From a virus: a DNA stretch of 64,000 nucleotides. Below are positions 9,377 to 19,107 of the stretch, piece by piece. The notes beneath the pieces are model-generated. The model was not told the DNA's origin. It saw only the letters and a list, made by a program, of their open reading frames with translations, and did not search any database. The first letter of the stretch is position 1; each line of letters opens with the position of its first letter. Where the stretch lies: positions 64,001 through 128,000 of the IMG/VR virus record IMGVR_UViG_3300007734_000760; one strand, given 5' to 3'. Both the position numbers and the translations under genes were made by a program.

Positions 9377-10510
9377 TTATCCGATAAAAATTGTCATAGG
9401 AACTTGACTAATTTCAAATTGACGAGCTACTGATTCAGCTTGTCTTCTTTCAAGTAGTTTTTGACGTGAAGTATCATCAAAATATAGTCTTAAATTTGTA
9501 ATTAAAGCTGTTTTTTCTTCTTTTCCTGCTGTTACTAATTCATTTTGATTTAATGTAACTTCAGCTCCAGGAATAGGAACAGTACTGTATTTTCCACGAA
9601 CATATCCTAACATTTCTTTTGATAGTGCTAAAGTATATTCAAATATCCATTGTCTACCAATTGAATTAATTTGTGAATAAGTAGGATTACTGTATCCAGC
9701 ATTTGAAACATTTGTAACAGATGTTGGAGCAGATCCTACAACACTATCTATTCTTTCTTTTAAACTTAAATATTGAAACCAAATTTTACCTCCATCATCT
9801 GATGGTATTGGAAATATTCTTAATTTATTATTTATTAATTCAAAGGTATAATCAGCTAATGAAATTTGATTTTGCATTTCAACTGCTTGAGCAGATTGAA
9901 ATAGTAAACTTGTTGGATACATTAAAAATCCAGTTGAACCAAATAAACCATAACTTCCAACAGCCGGTACTCCTCCTAAACCTGAGAACACACTTAAGTT
10001 ATACACTTGATTTACGGCTGGAGGCGGTTGCCAAAAAATTCTTTTAATTTCAATTCCTCCTGTAATACTTTGACTAATTGCCCATTCTGTTAAGTTATAA
10101 TCTTGAATATTAGCAATAGTTGTAAGAGATCCACTATAATAATTTACATTTCCTCCTGTTCCTGCTTCTACAGCATACTGTTGAGATAATCTAATTATAT
10201 TATTTAATGATGGAGTAATTGCAGCATGATTTAAATTTGAAGAAGTTGGAATTCCTTCTATACTTAATAAATTATCTCTTACTTGGTAAGCATATAATTC
10301 ATTTCCATATGTTGTAACTGCTTCTTCAAATGCTGTGTAAAAGTTTAAATCTTGCAATTCAACTTCCATAATAGGATATCCTAATCTTCTAGCACAAAAA
10401 GTAACTACTTTATCAGCATCGGTTTGAAATTGATAATCATTATCATAAAATCCAAATGGAGTATTTCCCGGAAAAAATGAACTAGAACCCGGATAGATAG
10501 AAATATTCAT
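9377..10510 (-). CDS. Neck / head-tail adaptor (T4 gp13-like)
   Basis: RRLGYPIMEVEL and WIFEYTLALSKEMLG.VRGKY...PG..VTLN motifs. Confidence 0.8.
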   Translation of the reverse strand: MNISIYPGSSSFFPGNTPFGFYDNDYQFQTDADKVVTFCARRLGYPIMEVELQDLNFYTAFEEAVTTYGNELYAYQVRDNLLSIEGIPTSSNLNHAAITPSLNNIIRLSQQYAVEAGTGGNVNYYSGSLTTIANIQDYNLTEWAISQSITGGIEIKRIFWQPPPAVNQVYNLSVFSGLGGVPAVGSYGLFGSTGFLMYPTSLLFQSAQAVEMQNQISLADYTFELINNKLRIFPIPSDDGGKIWFQYLSLKERIDSVVGSAPTSVTNVSNAGYSNPTYSQINSIGRQWIFEYTLALSKEMLGYVRGKYSTVPIPGAEVTLNQNELVTAGKEEKTALITNLRLYFDDTSRQKLLERRQAESVARQFEISQVPMTIFIG

Positions 10511-10523
10511 GAAATATATTTAT

Positions 10524-10531
10524 TATAAATA
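10524..10531 (-). promoter_or_regulatory. Putative late promoter TATTTATA
   Basis: Upstream of neck gene. Confidence 0.65.
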
Positions 10532-10558
10532 TATCAAAAATAAAAGTAAGATATTTTA

Positions 10559-10792
10559 TTATTTATTTATTTCTATTAAATAGTTTGCAACAGCTGTTGC
10601 TCTTGCTGCATCTACTTCATAGCCTGTTTGGCTATTTTGACTTACTACTGATATGGTTTTGCTAAATTGAAAAGCTAACTCATCGTTTGTTACTAAAGGT
10701 AGTGTAATATCAATACTATATTCATCAGCATCTATAACTGATTCTGTACCGTATCCTAGTAGTTCACCTTCTCTTAAAATATATTTGTCCAT
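10559..10792 (-). CDS. Hypothetical protein
   Basis: 77 aa ORF co-oriented in the fibre operon. Confidence 0.55.
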   Translation of the reverse strand: MDKYILREGELLGYGTESVIDADEYSIDITLPLVTNDELAFQFSKTISVVSQNSQTGYEVDAARATAVANYLIEINK

Positions 10793-10803
10793 GTTTTATT
10801 GTT

Positions 10804-11169
10804 TTAATTGTTAAAAGTAAATTCTGTCCATTCACTATTTATCCATACATATGATTTATTATCATTTGGATATGGTATAGGTGCTTCCCATTTAAAGTTT
10901 TCATTTAAAGTCCAATCACTAAAAGGTCTTGGAGAAATAAAAACATTATTGATTTCATCCCAAGTGTCTCCTATTCCAGCATACTTGTTTCTGGTGTTTG
11001 AGTTGTATGAAGTTTGTCTTACTGTGTCATAATTATAAGGAATGCTTAATGAATTTATAAAATTAATACCTAATTGTTCTACTTCAACTCCATTAGAAAT
11101 TAGTATTTCATTATCAATTACGATTACAGCTATCACAAGGTTTTGTTTTATTAATGCAAAGTTTGCCAT
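10804..11169 (-). CDS. Conserved-type phage protein accompanying Gly-rich fibre genes
   Basis: QTSYN...R.KYAGIG..WD....FI.P.PF..W.L....WEAP.P.P pattern. Confidence 0.65.
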   Translation of the reverse strand: MANFALIKQNLVIAVIVIDNEILISNGVEVEQLGINFINSLSIPYNYDTVRQTSYNSNTRNKYAGIGDTWDEINNVFISPRPFSDWTLNENFKWEAPIPYPNDNKSYVWINSEWTEFTFNN

Positions 11170-12092
11170 TATTGATATTTGTATTTTATTATTACTATTC
11201 CCGAACCTCCATTACCTCCTGCTGGAGAATCCCTTTCAGCACCTCCACCTCCACCACCTGTATTAGCAGTTCCGCTTGTTCCTGCTCCACCTTGTCCTCC
11301 TGCTCCACCACCTCCAACTCCTCCCGTACCTGCTGTACCAGAAGTAGTGTAAACAGAGCCACCTCCTCCTCCACCATAGTAATTACTATCTATCGCTGAC
11401 AAGACACCATCTCCGCCATTTCCACCTTTTGTTCCAGTCCCTGTTCCACCGACTGCACTTGCTCCACCACCACCACCTGCTCCATAGTATGGACCTGCAG
11501 CAGAACCGTTACCACCTGCGTTACCTTGACCTGCTGTTCCTGCTGCTCCTAACTCATAGCTAGGGTCACCTACTGTTATACCAGCTCCACCTCCACCTGA
11601 ACCTCCAGTACCAGCATTAGCACCATGACTTGCTCCTCCACCTCCACCAACTGCTGTATTTGAATCGAAGGTTGTGTTTGTACCATTAGTACCAGCGGTT
11701 TGATAACCACTACTTCCAGCTCCTCCTCCACCAACTACTACAGCATATGTTGTTGCACCACTTGATAAAGAGTAACTTGTGTTTTCTATAACTCCTCCAC
11801 CACCTCCACCAGCTCCTACATACTCTCCACCTCCACCACCACCACCTGCTACCATTAATACTTGGAAAGTGTTATTTGGAGCAGTACCTACACTACTAAC
11901 TATAAAGTTAGTACTACCTGCTGTTGTAAATGTGTGTATTTTATAATCACCAGAAGTTGTTACTGTTCCTCCAGTTGCTGAAGTAAAGGAAGCTGCTGCA
12001 GGTATTGTTACTCCAGCTATTTTTACTATAGATGCTATAGAGACTCCATTAATTTTAGTAATAGATGTAGTAACTACTCCTTTAATTTTCAT
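11169..12092 (-). CDS. Glycine-rich fibre / receptor-binding protein
   Basis: ATGGT.....YKIHTFT, VAGGGGGG and terminal GG.GGSGIVIIKY glycine-rich domain; N-terminal KI.GV repeats. Confidence 0.75.
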   Translation of the reverse strand: MKIKGVVTTSITKINGVSIASIVKIAGVTIPAAASFTSATGGTVTTSGDYKIHTFTTAGSTNFIVSSVGTAPNNTFQVLMVAGGGGGGGEYVGAGGGGGGVIENTSYSLSSGATTYAVVVGGGGAGSSGYQTAGTNGTNTTFDSNTAVGGGGGASHGANAGTGGSGGGGAGITVGDPSYELGAAGTAGQGNAGGNGSAAGPYYGAGGGGGASAVGGTGTGTKGGNGGDGVLSAIDSNYYGGGGGGSVYTTSGTAGTGGVGGGGAGGQGGAGTSGTANTGGGGGGAERDSPAGGNGGSGIVIIKYKYQ

Positions 12093-12102
12093 AAACTATG
12101 TG

Positions 12103-14073
12103 TTATAATTCTATCCAAGAATTTTCAGGATTAAAGCGTATTATTATTTTTGAATTTGTATTAGAGTCCCAAAAAGTATTTCCTATTATTCTAACTGCAT
12201 TTCCAACTGTTGTTGGTGCAATTTTAGTCATACTACCAGCAGTTGTAGCCATATATAAAGGTTCTCCAGATTTTACAATAGTTGCATATGTAGCTGTTTC
12301 AACAAACCCATTAATTAGTATGGAAGTTGGATTAGTTGAAGTTGAAGATTTAACACAAATGCCTAACATATTAAATGCTGCTGCAGAGTTTGCAGCTGTT
12401 GCATCAGCTAATTCCCAAGTTTCGTTTTGTGTTCTATAACATAGTTGACCAAATGTAATTGTTCCTCCTGCTATTTCTGAATATAATACATCTCCTTGAT
12501 AATAATTACTATTCCAATCATTTAGACTACCTAATACTGATGTTACTCCATCTTTAATTGTTCCAGCTAATGGTATTGGTGTAATACCTGCTACTAAAGA
12601 GCTTCCACTTAATAGTAGTGAACCTGTTATTTGAGTATTACCAGTTATGTTTACACCAGCATTTCCATTTAATCTAACACTTCCACTTACTAATAATGAA
12701 CCTGTTACTACTAAATTTCCAGTTATACCTGCAGGATTTGTGTTTGTTAATATTGTACTTCTTGTTGAACCGGTTGTAAAAAATAAGCTATTACCATCAA
12801 ACTCTATTGTTCCAGCTTCGGGAGTTGTTAGATTAGTTCCTGCTGTTAGTTTAATAGGCGCAGTGTTTGCGGTTGATGTTCCTCCTACTATGTGAAGTCT
12901 AGCAGTTGCACTTACTCCTATACCAAACTTATTTCCACGAAGAAAATAATATTCTGTATCATTGGTTGTCGTTGTTATGTTTAATGCATTACTACTATTA
13001 ATATTATATTTATAAGTAATTTCACCAGCTCTAGTTAATTCAAATAAAGTATTTGTTGAACCTCCTTCTACATGGAGTGTATTAGCAGTAGCTCCATAAG
13101 TTAAATTAGCACTGTCAATTAATCTTCCATTAGTAGTGGCGTATGGAATTCTACTTGAAGTTAAGGCACTAGTTGCTGCTACCGCTATCTGTCTAGTTGA
13201 ACCTGTTGTAAAAAATAAATTACTACCATCAAACTCTACTGCTCCAGCTTCTGGTGTAGTTAAGTTTGTTCCTGATGTTAGTTTAAGTGGTGCTGTGTTT
13301 GCAGCAGCTGTTCCTGCAGATAGATGCAATAAAGAAGTTGGGGTTACAGTTCCTATTGCCATTTTATTTCCAATAATATGAAGCATTGTTGCTACTCCTG
13401 TAGTCCCTATCGCACTGTTAGTAGCAATACTAAATATACCTACTGTAGATGAGTTGTATGCTTGTATTAGTGCGTGTGTTCCAGTTGTTGCAGCTGTATA
13501 AGATGGATATGATGCATCTTGCCAAACTATAGCTCCAAATGATGTAGGACTGTTTTGTACAAAGTTTATAGAGGGGTATGAATTATTGCCGTTTCGTCTT
13601 ATGTTTATTGCCGGTGAGTATCCGTAATTATAACCTTCAGCTGCTGATTTAGCCACTACATTTAATGGAGCTATATCCCAACTAGCGTCAGTAGTTGTAC
13701 CTATTAATTGTGCTGGGAAAGTTCCTCCTTTAACGTGTAATGTAGCAGCTAAAGATGATGTAACACCTAATCCTACTCTTCCACTACTTGATACATATAA
13801 AGCATTAGTTCCAACTAATAAATTAGTACTAGTTGATCCAGATACAATTAATGAACCAGTCATTGTTGTATTTCCAATTACATTTAATGAACCTGTTATA
13901 ATTGCACTTCCTGTAAATGGGAAAGCAGGTGTTGAAGGTGCAAATGAAGCAGATAATGCTTGAGTTGCATAGGATGCAGTACCGAATAGTGATCCGGTGA
14001 TTCCATTTGTTACTGTAAGTGTATTTAGTGAAGCATCTGAACCAGATACTATCACGCGTTTCCATGATGGCAT
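12103..14073 (-). CDS. Fibre / head-decoration structural protein
   Basis: TGSL and ASYA beta repeats; G.VG.G...LHV fibre motifs; duplicated 46 aa unit; C-terminal domain ending FNPENSWIEL. Confidence 0.65.
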   Translation of the reverse strand: MPSWKRVIVSGSDASLNTLTVTNGITGSLFGTASYATQALSASFAPSTPAFPFTGSAIITGSLNVIGNTTMTGSLIVSGSTSTNLLVGTNALYVSSSGRVGLGVTSSLAATLHVKGGTFPAQLIGTTTDASWDIAPLNVVAKSAAEGYNYGYSPAINIRRNGNNSYPSINFVQNSPTSFGAIVWQDASYPSYTAATTGTHALIQAYNSSTVGIFSIATNSAIGTTGVATMLHIIGNKMAIGTVTPTSLLHLSAGTAAANTAPLKLTSGTNLTTPEAGAVEFDGSNLFFTTGSTRQIAVAATSALTSSRIPYATTNGRLIDSANLTYGATANTLHVEGGSTNTLFELTRAGEITYKYNINSSNALNITTTTNDTEYYFLRGNKFGIGVSATARLHIVGGTSTANTAPIKLTAGTNLTTPEAGTIEFDGNSLFFTTGSTRSTILTNTNPAGITGNLVVTGSLLVSGSVRLNGNAGVNITGNTQITGSLLLSGSSLVAGITPIPLAGTIKDGVTSVLGSLNDWNSNYYQGDVLYSEIAGGTITFGQLCYRTQNETWELADATAANSAAAFNMLGICVKSSTSTNPTSILINGFVETATYATIVKSGEPLYMATTAGSMTKIAPTTVGNAVRIIGNTFWDSNTNSKIIIRFNPENSWIEL

Positions 14074-14091
14074 ATTATACTATAAATTTAA

Positions 14092-14154
14092 TTGTGGTTA
14101 GATACATACACTTTATGCCGTGTATATGCCTACTTCCTTTTCAGGCCAACAACA
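14092..14154 (-). ncRNA. Candidate structured 5' leader RNA (three-way junction)
   Basis: GUUGG/CUAAC closing stem, CCU-GAAA-AGG hairpin and AUAUACAC/GUGUAUGU stem; GC-enriched against AT-rich intergenic DNA. Confidence 0.45.
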
Positions 14155-14184
14155 TATTCTACAATAAATATATTAAAAATACTG

Positions 14185-14412
14185 TTATTTTTTAGATTTT
14201 TTTTCTTCTCTAGAAATCATATCTTGTAAACTTTGCTGTTTTACTTCTTCTTCTTGACGTAGTATTTTTGTAATTTGAATTAATTCATCTTCTAACTTAA
14301 TTTGAAGACTAGCTAAAAATTTAGCATCAGTTCCTTTAATAGTTACTAAGTCTAAAGCTTGTCTAAGGAACGTTATTTCATTTTGTGTTAAATCAATTGA
14401 AAAAATATTCAT
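14185..14412 (-). CDS. Small helical protein (possible fibre chaperone), paralog of neighbour
   Basis: LT..EI..L..AL...T.KG pattern shared with 14418-14609. Confidence 0.55.
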   Translation of the reverse strand: MNIFSIDLTQNEITFLRQALDLVTIKGTDAKFLASLQIKLEDELIQITKILRQEEEVKQQSLQDMISREEKKSKK

Positions 14413-14417
14413 AACTG

Positions 14418-14609
14418 TTATTTCTGTTGTTTAATGTATTGATTTTGTAATTTAATTACTGTGTTGTAAAGCAACTCTATGTGTTCTCCTTTAAAAGTTG
14501 AATTACGTAATGATGCTAATATAAGTTGAATTTCTTCAAGAGTCAAGCTATCTTGATCATTTACTGTTACCTTTTCAGGTACTGTAAAATTCCTTGCATT
14601 AAAAGCCAT
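14418..14609 (-). CDS. Small helical protein (possible fibre chaperone)
   Basis: Start revised to ATG 14609 (MAFNARN) to remove the overlap; LT.EEI.LIL.SL...TFKG. Confidence 0.55.
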   Translation of the reverse strand: MAFNARNFTVPEKVTVNDQDSLTLEEIQLILASLRNSTFKGEHIELLYNTVIKLQNQYIKQQK

Positions 14610-14628
14610 AACTAATTTTTTAAAAATA

Positions 14629-15639
14629 TTACGAATAAATATATATGTCTCCGTTATCACTATTTATAAAAGTATTACCATAACCTGTTGTACTTCCACC
14701 CCACGTTGGAACAGATGGTGGAGCACCAGCTGCCGTTTTAGCTGTCACTACATACTCATCAGCATTTAATGAAGTTGAAGTACCTATAACATCATATGCT
14801 ACTGCAAAACGACCGTATGTACCTGTTGAATTAGCTTCTAAGTAAAAAGCTGAACCTGAACCGGCTGCATTATATTGAGTTACCCAACCCGAATCTGCTA
14901 GTGCAGTAGAGCCACTGTTAATTAAAATAAATTTATCTCTAATGCTTAAATTGTCTACATTAGTAAATGAAGCAGTACCTGCTACAGTTAAGTCACCAGT
15001 AACGGTTGCGTTACCTGTTACTGTTAATAAAGTACCATTAAATGATAAATTACTTTCACCGTTTATAATACCATTACCTGTAGCAGTTAAAATATAATTA
15101 TCTACATTATTTGTAATTGCAGGGAATATATTTGATGCTGTTAAAGCAAATGAAGCAGTTACAGGAACATTAGAAGCATAAGATGCGGTTAAAGCAAATG
15201 AAGCTGAAGTAGCATTATTAGCAAATGAAGCAGTACCAGTTAAAGCACCTACTAAAGATCCAGTAAATGAAGCAGTAACTCCAGTAACTACTATTTGAGA
15301 AGCTAAAGTTAAACTATCAGTACCTTCAACTATTAAATTAGTACCAGCTAAATCTGTTAGTAAATCACCATAAGTAACGTACTTACTAGCACCATCACTA
15401 ATAAAGAATTTATCTGTATTAGCTAAATCGGATTTTGAAGTTATAGGAAAACTTGCAGCTACACCACTTATACCACTACCGTCTCCAAAAAATGATCCAC
15501 TAAATGAACCACTTAAACGTGTAGTTGAAGGTGAGGTTGTTATTGATTGGTTAGTACCTACTAATACTCCTAAACTAGAAGTTACAGCTGCTAATTCTGC
15601 ACTACTGCCTGATACTATTACTTTTTTCCAAGTTGCCAT
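14629..15639 (-). CDS. Fibre / virion structural protein
   Basis: MATWKKVIVSGS N-terminus shared with 12103-14073 (MPSWKRVIVSGS); SGSF and ASFA repeats. Confidence 0.65.
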   Translation of the reverse strand: MATWKKVIVSGSSAELAAVTSSLGVLVGTNQSITTSPSTTRLSGSFSGSFFGDGSGISGVAASFPITSKSDLANTDKFFISDGASKYVTYGDLLTDLAGTNLIVEGTDSLTLASQIVVTGVTASFTGSLVGALTGTASFANNATSASFALTASYASNVPVTASFALTASNIFPAITNNVDNYILTATGNGIINGESNLSFNGTLLTVTGNATVTGDLTVAGTASFTNVDNLSIRDKFILINSGSTALADSGWVTQYNAAGSGSAFYLEANSTGTYGRFAVAYDVIGTSTSLNADEYVVTAKTAAGAPPSVPTWGGSTTGYGNTFINSDNGDIYIYS

Positions 15640-15665
15640 ATGTTATATTATATTAAGATGTTGAT

Positions 15666-15673
15666 TATAAATA
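15666..15673 (-). promoter_or_regulatory. Putative late promoter TATTTATA
   Basis: Upstream of fibre gene. Confidence 0.6.
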
Positions 15674-15681
15674 TGTTGCTT

Positions 15682-16173
15682 TTAGTCAAGCCCAACAAAA
15701 AATGAAGATGATGTGAAATAAATAGCACCGTTGGGTGTAGGATTTGATAGTTGCGCAGACTGTGTTGCTAAAATTATCATTCCGCTTTGACTAACCGTAA
15801 ATATAGGTAAATTAATTGAATTTTTTATTAAAAAAATACTATCTGCACTACTTGAAATAGTTAATGCTCCTTGACTACTAATTAAAAAAGGCACTTGACT
15901 ACCGGATTTAATTAAAAATATATTAGATCCTATATCTACACTAGCTCTAATACTTCCTGTCATTATATAAGAAATATCTACTACACTGCCTGATCCTGGA
16001 GGGCCAGGAGGACCTATTGGGCCTGTTAAAATTTCTACAACATTAGTAATAGGTTGAGTTACTTGAACTAACTTATTATCACTAAAGTTAGTAACTTCAA
16101 TACGGTTATTTGTATTAGAAATGTTTACCGCATTATTATTAGGTGTAATATTAATAGGATTTGGTCCTGCCAT
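15682..16173 (-). CDS. Structural protein with short collagen-like segment
   Basis: GPIGPPGPPG; repeated IFLIK.....F..S..G. Confidence 0.55.
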   Translation of the reverse strand: MAGPNPINITPNNNAVNISNTNNRIEVTNFSDNKLVQVTQPITNVVEILTGPIGPPGPPGSGSVVDISYIMTGSIRASVDIGSNIFLIKSGSQVPFLISSQGALTISSSADSIFLIKNSINLPIFTVSQSGMIILATQSAQLSNPTPNGAIYFTSSSFFVGLD

Positions 16174-16174
16174 T

Positions 16175-16567
16175 TTATCTAGTAATTTCTTTAGATAACT
16201 GTATTTGACCTTCTAATAAACGTACTGTATAAGGACAATTACTTCCTGAATAAATTTCTAGATCATAATATGCTGTACTATTAAAATTAAGCATTGAACT
16301 AGTACAAGATGCTATATATATTCCAATAGAACCAGATTTAGGATCTTTACTTCCACCTGATCCACTAAAATTTAAGCCTGTTCCATCAGGTTGTAATGAA
16401 CTGCTTAAAGTTAAAGAAGCAGTTACAGCATCTATACTTGTACGAATTTGCATTTTTCCGCTGTATCCAGATAAATTTATTGGATTTCCATCCCCATCTT
16501 TATATTGTAATTCAAAACTTAAGGTTGCCCCTTGTTCTATTGTAAAAGAATATCTTCCAGCTGCCAT
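16175..16567 (-). CDS. Fibre adaptor (BppU N-terminal-like Ig fold)
   Basis: IEQGAT....L.YKD..G.PINLSGY...MQIR and YYDLE....RLLEG pattern. Confidence 0.6.
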   Translation of the reverse strand: MAAGRYSFTIEQGATLSFELQYKDGDGNPINLSGYSGKMQIRTSIDAVTASLTLSSSLQPDGTGLNFSGSGGSKDPKSGSIGIYIASCTSSMLNFNSTAYYDLEIYSGSNCPYTVRLLEGQIQLSKEITR

Positions 16568-16586
16568 AATGTTATAATTAGTCTAT

Positions 16587-16594
16587 TATAAATA
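16587..16594 (-). promoter_or_regulatory. Putative late promoter TATTTATA
   Basis: Between the phoH terminator and the adaptor gene. Confidence 0.65.
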
Positions 16595-16605
16595 TGAAAT
16601 AAAAC

Positions 16606-16631
16606 AAAAAAAGCCGTTTAAATAAACGGCT
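16606..16631 (-). terminator. Intrinsic terminator after phoH
   Basis: AGCCGTTTA/TAAACGGCT hairpin plus T run. Confidence 0.75.
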
Positions 16632-16645
16632 CTTTAAAATTGATG

Positions 16646-17329
16646 TTAGTTAGTATCTCTAAATTCTTCATATACTTTAAGTACTTCTTCTACTATTTCA
16701 TGACGATGATTTTTCTTTAAAGTAATAATTTTAACTCCTTTAATTCGTTCTTCAAGTCGTGGGAAAAAACCAATGCCTGAATCTTTTTTGCTTTTTAAAT
16801 CTACTTGAGATAAATCACCACAAAATACTATTTTACCTCCTTTACCTAAACGACCTAACATCATTTCAGTTTGTGAATGAGTAATATTTTGACATTCATC
16901 TACAATAACAAAACAGTTTGGAAAAGTACGTCCACGCATAAATGCAAATGGTACAATTTCAATTTGATTTTCAGTTACCATTTTATCTATTTTTTCTTTA
17001 TCATATAATAGATATAAATTAGAATAAATAGGTGCTAACCATGGATCCATTTTTTCTTTTAAATCACCAGGTAAAAATCCTATATCTTCTTTAGACACTG
17101 TAGGACGAGTAATTACTATTTTATCTAATTCTCTTTTAAATACTAAATCTAACGCTATTTGACATGCTAATAATGTTTTACCACTACCAGCCATTCCTTT
17201 AATTAAAGTTACAGGATTATCTAAAATAGTTTGTTTTGCCTCTTTTTGTTCTGCATTAAGTTCTAATTTAAACTTTATAGGATTTTTAGGCTTTTTTTTG
17301 TTTTGAAAAACTTCTTCTTGATTATCCAT
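16646..17329 (-). CDS. phoH: PhoH-family ATPase
   Basis: Walker A GMAGSGKT; GFLPGDLKEK, FMRGRTF, VDECQN and GD..Q.DL motifs. Confidence 0.95.
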   Translation of the reverse strand: MDNQEEVFQNKKKPKNPIKFKLELNAEQKEAKQTILDNPVTLIKGMAGSGKTLLACQIALDLVFKRELDKIVITRPTVSKEDIGFLPGDLKEKMDPWLAPIYSNLYLLYDKEKIDKMVTENQIEIVPFAFMRGRTFPNCFVIVDECQNITHSQTEMMLGRLGKGGKIVFCGDLSQVDLKSKKDSGIGFFPRLEERIKGVKIITLKKNHRHEIVEEVLKVYEEFRDTN

Positions 17330-17353
17330 AGACTGTTGTTTGTAATAAATATG

Positions 17354-17384
17354 AAAAAAATAGCCGAACTTACAGGTTCGGCTA
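17354..17384 (-). terminator. Intrinsic terminator after major capsid gene
   Basis: TAGCCGAAC/GTTCGGCTA hairpin plus T7. Confidence 0.8.
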
Positions 17385-17407
17385 CTTTATTTTATGTTAA
17401 TTTATAA

Positions 17408-19066
17408 TTATAAGCTAGTTAAACCACTAACAATAATTTTACCATAGAATTCAGGACGCAACATCTTCTTAGCGTAACGAGTCATTAAACCTTTACGTGG
17501 AGTAAAAGTAGCTGGATCGTAAACTAATGGAGTCATAATCAACGGAATATATGGAGCAAATACAGCACCTGATTCAAGGAATTGTTTACCACGGAAACCC
17601 ATTAAAATAACGTTTTCAGTCATATAAGGATTCTTATAAACTGTGTAACGATTATTAATAGATCCTGCTTTAACAACACCCATTGCAAATTCCATATTAG
17701 CGGCATCACCATTTGTGTTAGCTGCAAATCCTGGAATAGATTCTAAAACTGTAGCAACAGTTGGAGAACATACTAAGAAATTAGCACCACCACGCAATGT
17801 TAATTGGTGAATTTTGTTGCTTACTTTTTGCATTTTAGTTCCTAAAGTTGCAAACCAAGTACCTTGTGTATTGTAAAAACCAGTTTGACTAGTTGAAGTT
17901 GGAAAATCAAATCCATTAGTATTACTAGCATTATAAACACCATTGTTTAACACTGTCCAATATTCAGTTGCAGCAGCTGCATCATCAATTAACATATCTA
18001 AGATTTCCAAATCAATTTCCATTGAAATGTATTCGCTCATAATGTTAGTTAATTCAGCTTCAGCATCGATATTTTGGTAAGCATTTAAATCTTGTGCAAA
18101 TTCAGGAGTCCATACAGCTTTTAACTTTTTAGTCTTAGCAGTAATAGCTTGAGATTGCATTTTGATATTAATTTCAGGAATAGCAATTGTAGTTGCACTT
18201 TGTGCGTTTGGAACTGCAAATGTAGATCCATCTTCAAAATCACCACGATTATTATCAACAGTAGCTTTGTTGTAGAATACAGTAACTATACCAGCAGCTG
18301 TACCAGTAGTTTCAGCTGTTGAAGCAGTGAAGAAAAAGGTAAGATTACTTCCAACAATTTGTGTGAAAGCTGGTAACGATTTAGCTACAGTAAAAGCTGA
18401 ACCTGATGTTAATACAAAAGCTCTAACACCTTCAAGATCATAAGAAGGAATAGTTGATAAAGCAATTGTTACTTTTTTAATACTAGTTGCAACAATAGAA
18501 GCAGATAATGATGTATCATAATTAACATCAGCAAAAGAAGCAGTAGCTAAAGTTGCAGCAACGGCAGCTGATGATGTTTGGTTAGTACTAAATGCAAAAC
18601 GACCTGCACCATATAAACCACCAGTTGTACCAGTAGTTTGGAATGGATAAGTACCATTAGGATTACGAGTACCATATAAAGAATCACCACTAGCAAAAGG
18701 ATTTACATTAGTTCCATATTGGAAGTCTAAGAAAAACACTAGGCCTGAAGGTAAATTCATTGGTTGAACAGAAACGAATTCTTTAGCTGCGATTTGACCA
18801 AATACTTTACGTACTAATGGCAAAGCTATACCAGCCCAGTTTTCAGATTGTCCTACAGTAAAAGTACCACCTTGTCCAGTTGCACTAGATTCTACTACTA
18901 ATTGTTTTGCTTGGTTTTCTAATAAAATAGACATGTTGTTTTTATGCACGTCAGCCAAGCCTTCAAGTAAACCAGTTTTGGTCCACTTGGTTGCTAATTT
19001 TCCAGCATCACTTTGAAGTGATTTCCATGGGTTAGCGGATTCAAGTAAATTTTGAATTGAACTCAT
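17408..19066 (-). CDS. Major capsid protein (T4 gp23-like)
   Basis: VSVQPMNLPSGLVF, KLKAVWTPEFAQDLNAY..IDAEAEL..I.SE.I..EID, APYIPL and PRKGLMTRYA motifs. Confidence 0.97.
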   Translation of the reverse strand: MSSIQNLLESANPWKSLQSDAGKLATKWTKTGLLEGLADVHKNNMSILLENQAKQLVVESSATGQGGTFTVGQSENWAGIALPLVRKVFGQIAAKEFVSVQPMNLPSGLVFFLDFQYGTNVNPFASGDSLYGTRNPNGTYPFQTTGTTGGLYGAGRFAFSTNQTSSAAVAATLATASFADVNYDTSLSASIVATSIKKVTIALSTIPSYDLEGVRAFVLTSGSAFTVAKSLPAFTQIVGSNLTFFFTASTAETTGTAAGIVTVFYNKATVDNNRGDFEDGSTFAVPNAQSATTIAIPEINIKMQSQAITAKTKKLKAVWTPEFAQDLNAYQNIDAEAELTNIMSEYISMEIDLEILDMLIDDAAAATEYWTVLNNGVYNASNTNGFDFPTSTSQTGFYNTQGTWFATLGTKMQKVSNKIHQLTLRGGANFLVCSPTVATVLESIPGFAANTNGDAANMEFAMGVVKAGSINNRYTVYKNPYMTENVILMGFRGKQFLESGAVFAPYIPLIMTPLVYDPATFTPRKGLMTRYAKKMLRPEFYGKIIVSGLTSL

Positions 19067-19070
19067 TTTT

Positions 19071-19100
19071 TTGTTTTTAATTGTTTTTAATTGTTTTTAA
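19071..19100 (-). repeat. Three tandem 10-mers (TTAAAAACAA on the coding strand) in the capsid gene leader
   Basis: ttgtttttaa x3 read directly. Confidence 0.8.
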
Positions 19101-19107
19101 TTGTTAA

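Noticed and set aside
16646-17329. phoH as a novel auxiliary gene
   Set aside because: phoH is common in large aquatic phages.
19071-19100. CRISPR-like array
   Set aside because: Only a spacerless 10 bp tandem repeat; no repeat-spacer array or cas operon seen anywhere in the window.
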